Of a stretch of 64,000 bases of DNA, positions 13,131 through 23,800 are shown one piece after another. The notes under the pieces were generated by a model. It searched no databases. It saw nothing but the letters and a program-made list of their open reading frames with translations, and had not been told where the DNA came from. Source of the stretch: Vicugna vicugna (Eukaryota); contig MU058009.1 of NCBI GenBank assembly GCA_013265495.1, positions 62,001 to 126,000 of the forward strand. The letters are read 5' to 3'. Every line of letters begins with the position of its first letter. Position 1 is the stretch's first letter. The position numbers were made by a program, and so were the translations under genes.

Positions 13131-13969
13131 TGGGATGGGGCTGGTGCCGTCCACCATCTCCGGAAGGGGCATCTGGAGGCCAGAGGAGGGAAGGCACTGG
13201 CCGTACTGGTGATGAGCTGGGTTCAAACCCTGCTTCCAGTAGTGCTTTTAGCTTTGGCTCCTTGGGGCCAAATTCATTGATTCCAGGGTGGGAGGTCTGA
13301 GGAAGGACTGTGCCCGGGAGTTTGGGGCAGGTCCATGACCACACCGGATTTTTCCTTTATTTATTCTGGGCATGAACCTGCCCTTTTGATTCCTGACCCG
13401 TCACAGCACTTCAGCTCTTTCACCCAGAGAATGGAATTCAAAGCTTCTGCCCCACCCGGGCAGGCACCACAAGTATGGTTTTCACCACAAGATCCTGTGG
13501 TGTCTTGTGACTGGCAGCTGATAAAGTGGAGGAGACAGGGTTTCTACACAGGAGGCTGCAGCCCCGGGCTGTCTGGAGCACCAGTTGGGGGGTATCTTGT
13601 GGACCCCAAGGATGGGGAACAGAGAGCCTTCCTGCGCTGCAGTGGGGAACCTATCCATTCCCTTTCCTCGAAGCTTGGATGGCTGGAGAGATGCCCCCAC
13701 CTGCCCACTGTTGGCCCTGAAGCCATTGGGAATTTTTCTGCCTTCTGCTCCCTCATGTGAACTTGGGCCAAGACCAGCCTGCTCCCTCCTGGGCCCGCCG
13801 TGACCATGCTGTGCTGCTCACGATGGGGAGAGGGCACAGTGCGGGCTGTGTCGAGCCAACGGCCGGGCCAGAGGGGCTGGAGCGGGTATCTGACCTATTG
13901 CTACTGCCTGTCCCTTCTTGCTCTGCCTGCTCTGTGGCAACGACGTCCCCGACGAATAGCCCCATGGAT

Positions 13970-14420
13970 GAATTCATCAGATTTGTATCGAGAGCCTGTT
14001 GTGTGCCAGTCACTGTTTTAGACATTGGTGATACAGCAGTGAATGAAAAAAACAACAAAAGTTCTATGTAAGCGTAGGAGCGGTATCTGAAATGTTGGGT
14101 GTGTTCAGGACTTTTGACTGGAGGTGGAGAAGGAGGGTGAAGAGCTCATTGTAGCTATCAAGCTCATGTCTAGGGGAAAAGCATCCCAGGCTGAAGGAAC
14201 AGCCAGTGCAATGGCCCAGAGGAGGGAGCTGGCCTCGCCCAGTCAAGGATGGTGAGGTCCGTGTGAGTGGAGCCGAGCACATGAGGGAGATGGGGAGGGA
14301 GGGCACAGAGGTGCTGCCCAGTAGACACTGCGTCCTTCCAGGTCAGAGCAAGGGCGTGGGCTTCCTCTCTGAGTCAGTGGGAGCCATGGAGAGGTTTTGA
14401 GCTAAGGAGGGGTGATCTAG
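13970..14420 (-). mobile_element. LINE-2 3' fragment
   Basis: attcatcagatttgtatcgagagcctgttgtgtgccagtcactgttttagacattggtgatacagcagtgaa = reverse L2 tail. Confidence 0.65.
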
Positions 14421-15355
14421 ATGACTGATTCATTCCAGAGAATTGTGGTTCTTTGGCCAGCAACACCCAAGAGTGACTGATTAAAGTGGATTATAATTCA
14501 CAGACAGGAGAACTTCAGTGGCCTGTGTCCTCACCTCGCCTTACCTTGTGGTTGAGTTAGTTACATTAAATCACCGTCCAGCTTGGTGCCCGCTGGAATA
14601 CTGGCAGAGGGCTCTAAGCTGAGAGGCATTGCTGGGGGTTAGCTGGCACCGTCGAGATTCACACAGCTTGACAGGCTGGAAACATGGCCTGAGATTCCTG
14701 ACGCGAGATGTTTGCAGGCAGGTGTAGAACAGTCCTGCTTTTAGGTTCAAAAGGAAAGCCACACAAGTTCAGGGCCCAGGAGGCCTGGCTCACCACCAGC
14801 CAGGGGTGTTGGTGCTGTGCCAGTGGAGTGGCATGACGGTGAGAAAGTGAACACAGTCTTAGCCAGCATTCGTGGAAGTCTGGTGTCCAGATGGTGTCCA
14901 GTCATCCCGCGAATGCAGCTGTGGGCACTGGAGACCTGCTGGAGGGCTTCCAGGAGCGCCCCGGGGCGATGGGGGGTGCAGAAACCATGTCTCATGAGGA
15001 AGCCTTCCTGAGACCGAGCACGGGAGGCGCCCCTTTGCTGCTGTAAGCCTTTGAAGGACTTTGATGTGATGGAGGGTGACCTCCTCCAGTTGCTCCAAAG
15101 GGCAGCAGGTGGGCGTTCCAGGGATCTTGGTGTCTAGGAAGCCATTTCTTCACAGGAAGGTTTAGAGGCGGCGGGGTCGGGGGAGCGGGTTAGGAGTGTG
15201 GGCCCTGGAGCTAAGCTCCTCACTAGCTCTGGGCCCCTGGGCAAGATGCTGACCGTTTTTGCATCTCATTTCTCTGTCTCCACAATGGAGGTAATGATAG
15301 TGTTTAACTCACAGGGTTGAGATCATACTTGGACAGCCCTTGGAAGTGTCTAGCA

Positions 15356-15544
15356 CAGCAGTTCTCAACATTTGGTAATGTCTGGAGACATTCAGGGTGT
15401 CAGAACTGGGGAGTGGGGGTCCTGCTGACATCTAGTGAGTAGGGGTCAGAGGTGTCGGTAACCATCCTATGGTGCACAGGACAGCCCCCCACAACAGTGA
15501 TTAGTCTGGTCCCCAAAGCAGTGGCGAGGAGGTTGGGACCCCTG
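15356..15544 (+). mobile_element. MER20-like hAT DNA transposon
   Basis: cagcagttctcaacatttggtaatgtctggagacatt...gacagccccccacaac...gaggttgggacccctg. Confidence 0.7.
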
Positions 15545-15639
15545 GTGTTGCACATGTAAGTCTGCAATACATTTCAGCTCTCAGTAAGGGATGTAGTACA
15601 TTTTTAATCTCATCTTGTTATGCCTGTGTCAAATGTTTA

Positions 15640-17050
15640 TGAAATATTTGCTACATTCTAGGCCCTGGGATAAAGTCTGAAGATAAAAAGCAGGCCTGGA
15701 CCACAGAGATCATAGTCTCATGGGCAAGAAGCAAAAACAGTTAATAATATAAAATTATATTATGTGATAAAGCATCTTCTCTAGCCCGGGTACTCTGATA
15801 GACTCTTGGTATAAACAAGCCTCCAATTTCAGAGGTCAGAGGACAGTGGGCAAGACATGAAAATAGTAATTATGTAATATGAAATTATATTACCTGGTGG
15901 GTGCTAAAATCAAGTTATGGACTATATTTTGTGGGAAGAAACCATCGTTTAGAAATGTCGGGAAAGACCTCCTAGGGGAGGTGCCGTTTGAGCCAGCACT
16001 GCAGGAGGAGTGAGACTGTCCAGGGGAGCGGCAGGGAGGGCCTAGGGTCTTCCTGATGGAGGAAAGCTCGTGCAGAGGTGGGCCTGTGGAATGAGAAGGG
16101 GGCTCCTGCCCTGTGCTTGGGAGGAGCTGGAAGATGCACCTGCAGGGCTTGTGGCCTGGGATTGAAGGGCCCTGGCTGCCTCTAAGGAGCTTTGATTTTC
16201 CATTTAAGGAATGGGGAGCCATTGAAGCGGGAGGGTAATTTGGTCCATATTGTTTCTTGGAAAGATACTGTGTTGGCAGTTCCAAAGAAGAGGCTTGAGT
16301 GACGAAAGACTTGTCGAGGGACCAGTCAGGAAGCAGGTAAATGGGGGTGGGATCTACAATCAACCTGTGACTCAAGAAGAGAGGTGGAGGGCTGCATTCC
16401 AAAGTACTTCGGAGACTCTGGACTATGTGGCCTTTACACTGTGCTGAGCTTATAAAGCTTCACATCCCCCGTGCCTCCCACTATGGCAAACATTTAGTAG
16501 GAATTCAAGCATTTGCTGGAACGAGGAAAAGGGGGTAGAACAGATCATGTTTAGTGGGGATGGTGTGAAGGGGAGGGGATGTTGGAAGGATGAGCTGATG
16601 ATCGTGTGGGGGTCGGTGGGTAGCCTGGGTCCAGTTTTGGACATGTTGAGTTTGAAGAGTTTAAGATCATTCCAGGGAGGGTGCACAGTAGAAAATTAGA
16701 AATATTAAGATGGGATTGGGGAGAGAAGTGAAAGAGCTGAAAAAGAGCTTGGATCATCAGGGCATGAGCAGTAGTTAAGCCTCTCGTGGTGAATGAACTT
16801 GTCCTGTGAAAGCAGGCGGGGGAAGGGCCGAGGTCCGAGGGCGGCTCTCTGGGAATCGGAGCGAGGTAGGCGGAAAACCTGGAGAGAGTCTTGACGCAGA
16901 AGCCAAGGAGGTGTCGTCTGATTGTAGCGAAGTCCTCAGAGTATAGGAAAGAGTGAGAATAGACCTTTCTCAGGTGCAACAACTAGGAGGCCACCGAAGG
17001 CTTCAGCCAGAGCGATTTCTGCATGAAAAAGTTAGAGCACTGGAGGCCAG
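15640..17050 (-). mobile_element. Degraded LINE-2 segments (approximate)
   Basis: Purine-rich L2-like phrases (gaggtgccgtttgagc, ccagttttggacatgttgagtttgaag). Confidence 0.55.
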
Positions 17051-18259
17051 GGCAGAGAGGCACAGGTAGCCTGAAGAGGAGCTAGAGGCAGAGAAGGGTT
17101 TTGTTTTGCTTTAGGCAGAGGGAGACTTGAGTGGAGGAGGAGGCAGGGGCGGAGAGACCAGGCAAGGGGGGTCACTGGTTGGGAACAATGCTGGAAAGGT
17201 GCGTGGGATCGTGTCCAGTGGGGAGGGGTGAGGAGGAAGCAAGAAGGCCAGGTGAGTCAGGTGGCCGGCAGGCGGCTCTGGGTTTTCTCCAGGAAACTGA
17301 AGGTCGGTGACATTGATCAAGTGACTTGCTCTGAACCAGGAAGGACAGAGCCTGTGCTTGGGTCCCACTGGTCTTCCCATGCCCTTCTCAGGAACCTGAA
17401 GCCGGATCCCTTTGATGGGCCAAGGGCTCTGGGGGGGGCCTGGCTTCCTGCTGGGCCCGTGGGTGGTATCCGGTTCTGTTCCTCTCAGTATAGGGAGTGC
17501 CCTCGGAGCACTTCCTGTGAGCGAGGCAGCTGGTGCCAGGGCAGCGTGGGGGCTTATTTCTTCACCCCGTGCTCCAGTTCTGCCTCTTGGCGAGTTCTGT
17601 GGCCGTGCTCCGCAGCCTGGCTTCAGCCAGGGACGCCGTGGCTCTTAGCATGGCAGCAGGAGAGCACACAGCCTTCCTGCCCTGGGGTCCGCTTTACCCA
17701 GTGGGTTGGGTGGGCCGGTCTCCTCGGCAGCTGTTGGCAGGTAGAGGTTGGGGCACCTTGGTCCACCCATGAGTGGATCAGACTCCTGCTCTCCTGCCCA
17801 GGCCCTTCTATGACTTTCCTCCTGTCCTTTGGTTCCCAGGGGCTGGCAGTCATGTGGGACAGCTGCTGGGTGAAGGCTAGTCATTGTCCTGAGGCGGCAG
17901 CCAGCCCAAGAAGCCCGTGCTCCAGGAATGTCTCGGGGCTCAGTGAGCCTCTTGGCTTGGCCCAGCAAGGGGAGGGGGTTGGCTAATGAAGTCTCCGAGG
18001 GGGTCTCTTGGAGCAGGGCTCCAGGACTAGCCAGCCTGCTCAGCCCGAGACCAGCACAGTTTAGGGGGGAAGGGTACAGCTTTCCCAGGGAGGAGACCAA
18101 AGAAGGCCAGTTGTCTTGTGGCTCAGAACCTGTCACCTCTGACCCCCAAAGTTCTCCTCCGTGGAGGCAGGGCCTGTGGTGTGGCCAAGGCCTTGACTTT
18201 CAGTGACTGGGGAACATACTCCATCTCAGTTGCCTGTTAGAATCACAGGAAAGGTGAAG

Positions 18260-18960
18260 TTTTTTTGTTTGGTTTCCTACTTGCCGATGCCTGGGCCCCG
18301 CCCCCAACCAATTAAATAAGACTCTTGGAGAGCGGGGCCTGGACACCTGTCATACTTCAGTGTCTCCGGAATTGCCTTGTGCAACCAGTGCTGCGACCTC
18401 CTGATAAAGGGAGATAAGTGCGATGGCCTGGACCGTGATGAGAAAGGAAGACTGGGAGGGCGGGGGCGGTGTGGTGGGCGGGAGAGGGTGCAGCCCCTCA
18501 TGGAATGAGATGTGAGAGCTGGGAAGGACCTGGTTTAGAGCTTTGCAGCTCAAAGTGTGGTCTCAGCCTAGCAGCAGGGAGCCCCAGGAGCTGGTGAGAA
18601 TGCAGACCCACCACACCCACTGAGTCAGGATGTGCACATCAGAGTTTAAGAAGCCTGCTTTCGCCATTATCCGGACCAGCGGTTCTCAGCCTTGGCTGGG
18701 TTAGTATCGCCTAGGGTGCAAGAAAAAATTCCAGCGCGGGGCCAGACCAGTGAAGTCAGAATCCCCAGGCCTGGGACCCAGATCCTGCCATTTTCTTGTT
18801 CAGCCGAGGTCAAGAGGAGTGCTTCTCAAACCTGAATGTGCATGTGAATCATCGAGGGGGTCTTATTCAAATGCAGGTTCTGATTTGTGCATTCGTACGT
18901 TTCTAACATGATCCCTAGTGAGGCCCAGGCTGTTGATCTGATAATTGTATTTGAGTTGCA
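18260..18960. mobile_element. Cluster of MER5A/MER5B-like hAT MITEs
   Basis: gcctgggccccgcccccaaccaattaaataagactc; cagcggttctcagccttggctg; gtgcttctcaaacctgaatgtgcat. Confidence 0.6.
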
Positions 18961-20787
18961 AGCATTTCTTAGACCAACTTTGCAGTTTTACAGACCAAAA
19001 AACTGAAGGTCAGAGAGGGAAAAATGAACCCCCCCCAAGATAACCCATTGTGTTATTCATTCAATAATTGATGAGCTCTGGCGGGGTGTCAGGCAACATG
19101 CTGGGACTGGAGCTGGGAATCAGACAGACCCCCTTCCTGCCCTCACAGGGCTTGTAGTTAGTGGGGGAGACAGAAAGCAAGTGAGCAAGTAACTAAACTA
19201 ATTACAGATGAGAAGTGCTGTGGAGGGGATAACAAGGTAAGGGATGACTTGATGGTTGCCATGGGTAGGTCGGGGAAGCAGACCACCCTCGGAAAAGCAA
19301 CCAGGGAAGTTACTAGAACCTTGGCTTTCACTGGGGTCTTCTGATTACAAATCTAAGACTTTTCTTTACTGGGCAGGGCCGTCCCCATCCCCACTGGTGT
19401 TCCCGACCCTACTGAGCACATCTGACTCTGGTCCCCGCCCTGCCCCACCTGGGTTACTCTTCCCCTCAAGACTCTCATCCTTGGGTGTTTGTGGACTCAG
19501 CATGGGGGATACCCTTGGGAGCAAAGCATCAACTCCATAATAGGACCGTGTTCAGGATAATCGATTTATGGTTTGTAACAAAAACCAGACCTCATCCAGA
19601 GGCGGTCCCCCCAACCCTTGAGAAATAAATTTGAGATCTTTTCACTGATCCTCAAGAGAACACATTCATGCTTCCCTCCCTTTCCTGATCCATCAAGAGA
19701 ATCACATGGGCTGCTTGTGAAAATGCCCACCCCAAGTCCCACCCCAGTGCTGAAGCAATCTCAGAGAAGGGCTCTGGAATCTGTGTTTTCAATAAGTGGC
19801 CCATGTGATGCGTACCACCCAGATCACTGGGGAGCATGGCCTGGATAGAAGAAACTGGCTCTGTGTGTCCTGTGTGCCTCTTCATGTGGCTGTGGAAACT
19901 GCAGAAATCTCTTCCTTGTTGACTCAGAAGCTTGGCCCTTGGCTGGGTTTGTGACTGGAGGGACCTCTCTGTTTATCTGTGTGTAGCAACTCACTTCCTC
20001 CACAGCCCCATCCTTACCTGAAAGGGTCTCCTGTCTCCTCTTTGACTAAACAGACCCTTCCCACTCCCCAAGCTCCCATACAGAGAGCCTGCCTACCCTG
20101 ATTCCCCCATGCACCTGGGTGATGAGGGCGTGGGTACTTTGCATTCAGCCAGAGTCTAGGAGGGCTGGAGGGGGCCTCATGGACCATCTGGTGGCCCCAC
20201 CCTCACCCCAGTGTCTGGGCGGAGTGGTGGGAGATTGATGATGGAGAGGGAGCAGCCAGAAGCAGGGGAATGCCTTGGACAGTGAGGAATCGATAAGCTT
20301 AACTTCGGTTGTGTAGATCTGAATCATGCCCTTGCACAGTTAACTTAACTTTCCTGTAGAAAATGGGCGGAGGCACAGCTGCCTGCCGGAGCCGGCCCTT
20401 CCTTGGTCAAAATGAGGGAGAGGACAGTGAGGGGAACCGGGCCAGGGAAAAGCTAGAGTAGGCCAGCCTGGCCTGGGACCAAATCCGTGAGGGGTGGGAC
20501 TTGGTTTCCCTTTCTTTCTGGGGCGCAGGACGCCCCCCTGGATCCCTGATGCTGCCTCTGAGGGGTTAAGGCGACGTCCAGGGTGAAGGGGCCTGCTCTC
20601 TGGGTGGCCACCCCAGAAGCAGCTTTGTGATTTCTGGAGGCGGGAAGAGGCAGGCTGTGGGTGTGCCCTGCTCCAGTGGCTAAGCGAGGGTGTTGGAGCT
20701 GACCAGACACCTGTGACTCTTACCTCCTAGGTGGCTCGAGGCAGCCGGGATGACAGCTCTCCCCAGGAACCCTGCTGCCTGAGAAAC

Positions 20788-20803
20788 ATGGTCAGCAAGT
20801 CCC
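20788..20803 (+). CDS. ST3GAL4: ST3GAL4 coding exon 1 (MVSKS-R); exon starts at 20731 with 5'UTR
   Basis: Acceptor ctcctag|20731, aacATGG start, donor C|gtgagt. Confidence 0.93.
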
Positions 20804-23800
20804 GTGAGTGTTCTCTGGGGGCTCTCCCACCCTGAATGATGGGCTCCGCCGAAGTAGTCTTCAGCATCATCCTGGGACCGCCCTGGGGTTGTGGCGGGAC
20901 AGACACGGACCCAGGGGCCTCTCTCTTTATCTCAAAGGACAGTGGAAACACTCAGGTCCAAGCCCCATGCCAGAAAGCTCAGGGCCTGCTTGAGCTGGGG
21001 TTGCAGGAGCCCCAAATGGGCAGACGAGAAGATGGACTGGGGCTGTCCCTGCCTGTTTCTGCCTCCAGCTCCTCTGTGCATGTGCCCTGCAGGCTGGAAG
21101 CTCCTGGCCATGCTGGCTCTGGTCCTGGCTGTCATGGTGTGGTATTCCATCTCCCGGGAAGACAGGTACATTGAGCTGTGAGTCCATATTCCGTGACCTT
21201 CCGTGGGTTCTTCTTGGGAACGGGGTTGGAAGCTGGAGCATCAGGAGGTGGGCACCTAGTGGGGCAGGAGGGTTCAGAGAGCCAGGGCGTGACCGCTCTG
21301 GTACATGCCAGCATGAAATCCTTCTGTGAGGGTGGGTGGTGGGTCTGGAGGGTAGGGTAGGGATGATTCCCCAGGTCCCTCACCCAGGGCGTTCAGGAGA
21401 AGGAAGAGCTGGATTCACAATGATTTGGTGTCAGACTGGCTGACACGGTTCCACCCTGCGAGTTGCTCTCCAGCACCTTGGGACCTGTGTGCCCTGGGAG
21501 GAGGTGGGGGCCACCTGGGCTGATGCTGGCCTCTTAGCCCTGAGGTCTGACTGGAGCTCCTGCCTCCTCTCCTTTTCTGTCTCCAGTTTTTATTTTCCCA
21601 TCCCAGAGAAGAAAGAGCCATGCCTCCAGGGTGAGGCGGAGAGGAAGGCCTCTAAGCTCTTCGGCAAGTAAGTGTGTGAGTACGGGGTGGGGGTGCTGAG
21701 TGCTGCGGGCACAGGTCAGATGAAGGCAGAGAGGGAAGCAGAGGCGTTGGCTGTGTGTACATGTTATTAGTGGTCTGACCCTGTTGCTGGCATCAGGATT
21801 AATCCCTTCCTCACCCTGCTTTCACCTTGTGCAGCTACTCCCGAGAACAGCCCATCTTCCTGCAGCTTAAGGATTATTTCTGGGTCAAGACACCATCTGC
21901 CTATGAGCTGCCCTTTGGGACCAAGGGGAGTGGTAAGTGCCCACCTGGTGGGGTGGGAACAGTGGGCTCACCTCGCCACACTGCTTCCCGTTCTTTGCTG
22001 CCCACGGTCCCAGTGCCCACGCTCTTAGCCAGGCTCAGATACTGAGGTCAGGGGAGGGAGAGTTGGCAGCCTTTGGAGAGCTAGCTGTTGTCATCAGCCC
22101 CTTCCAACCCGGCTCTTTTTGTAGAAGACCTGCTTCTCCGGGTTCTAGCCATCACCAGCTACTCCATTCCGGAGAGCATCCAGAGGTAAGGAGACACTCC
22201 TTCCTGCCCTGGTGTGAAAGGGTCATGGTTCAGCACCTCCCAGTGAGCCTGCCTGTCTCCGGGGGAGGTGGATATGCCAGTCCCCATGGCAACTGAGCCT
22301 GAGCATCCGGCTGCCAGAGTGGCAGAGGTGGCGGAGGGCATCGACGTGGTAACAGGCAGGCCTGGGCAGCAGGCAGTGGGGGGTGGGGCTCCGAAATGGG
22401 GTTTCTGCTTGGTACTTCCCAAATACCTCCCTCCGTCCCTGCTCTCTCTGCCATGTTCTGCTCAGTTTCCTCCCCTTTGAAAGCCTGGGGCTGCAGAGTC
22501 AGCAAGACCACAAGCAGGACTCCTCAGAGATGCCTGGGGAGCAGGGGCTGCAGGGGCCTGGGAAGGAAAGTTGGGCGGAGCAGGAGCAGGGGCTGCTTCT
22601 GCCCTGACCACCCTCTCCCCGTGGCAGCCTCAAGTGTCGCCGCTGCGTGGTGGTGGGCAACGGACATCGGCTGCGGAACAGCTCGCTGGGCGAAGCCATC
22701 AACAAATATGACGTGGTCATCAGGTCCGTGTGGCCGCCCTCCCCTCCTCTGTGTGGGCTGGTGGTGAGCAGGCCCAGCGGGGCTCCAGGTGACAGGCGTC
22801 CTCCCCCCACCTCCCAGGTTAAACAACGCCCCCGTGGCCGGCTACGAGGGTGACGTGGGCTCTAAGACCACCATGCGCCTCTTCTACCCTGAATCCGCCC
22901 ACTTCAACCCCAAAGTGGAGAACAACCCGGACACACTCCTCGTCCTGGTAGCTTTCAAGGCCATGGACTTCCACTGGATTGAGACCATCCTGAGTGATAA
23001 GAAGCGGGTATGTGGGGAGACTGGGAGGGGAGAGGTCGAGGCCTGGTGATGGGGACACTGCCTGGGTCAGGACCTCCCACACCAGAATGTGTGCCCTGCA
23101 GTTCCTGAGAACCGGGGACGGGGAGGCGTGAGCTCAGTGCTCTGCGGGGCTTCTGACGGGCCGCCCCGCAGCCTGGGCCTGAGGGCCTGCAGGAGTCAGG
23201 CAGCAGCAGCCCAGGGCACGCCCAGCTTGAGGCTGCCTGGGACGGAAAAGCTGCCAAAATATGTTTGCCAGTGAGAAGCTTGGGAGCAAAGGGACCAGTC
23301 CGTAGTCACCTCCAGGTGGGGGCAGGTTGAAACAGTCGAGATCTGTGTCCTTCTAGGAGGACCCCAGAAAATCCACTCTGTCTCTTTGCCATCTGGTTGG
23401 ATGCCGAACTGTCCGACCTGGCGTTTTTTGCCAAGTGTTGAGCTAGCGCCTTCTACTTGTGCAGATATCCTTGGAAGTGGGCAGTGGTTGGACCCAAACT
23501 CTTCACACGTGCCACCTGGTCTCCCCTCGGGGCTGCTCTCTCTCCCCACTCCTCTCCTCTTGCCTCCCCCTCCTCCCCTCACCCGGCACCCTTGAGGGCC
23601 TCTGCCCTCGCATGGAGCACAGCCCCTGGCCGAGGACCACCTGGCTGGCCCCCACCCACTCCTGTCTCTCCCTTCCAACCCTGCCCTGCTAGGTGCGGAA
23701 GGGCTTCTGGAAACAGCCTCCCCTCATCTGGGACGTCAACCCCAAACAGATTCGGATTCTCAATCCCTTCTTTATGGAGATTGCAGCTGACAAACTGCTG

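Noticed and set aside
17228..17986. 252-aa + strand ORF / possible ST3GAL4 alternative first exon
   Set aside because: No recognisable protein features; alternative promoters are plausible in this intron but cannot be located from sequence alone
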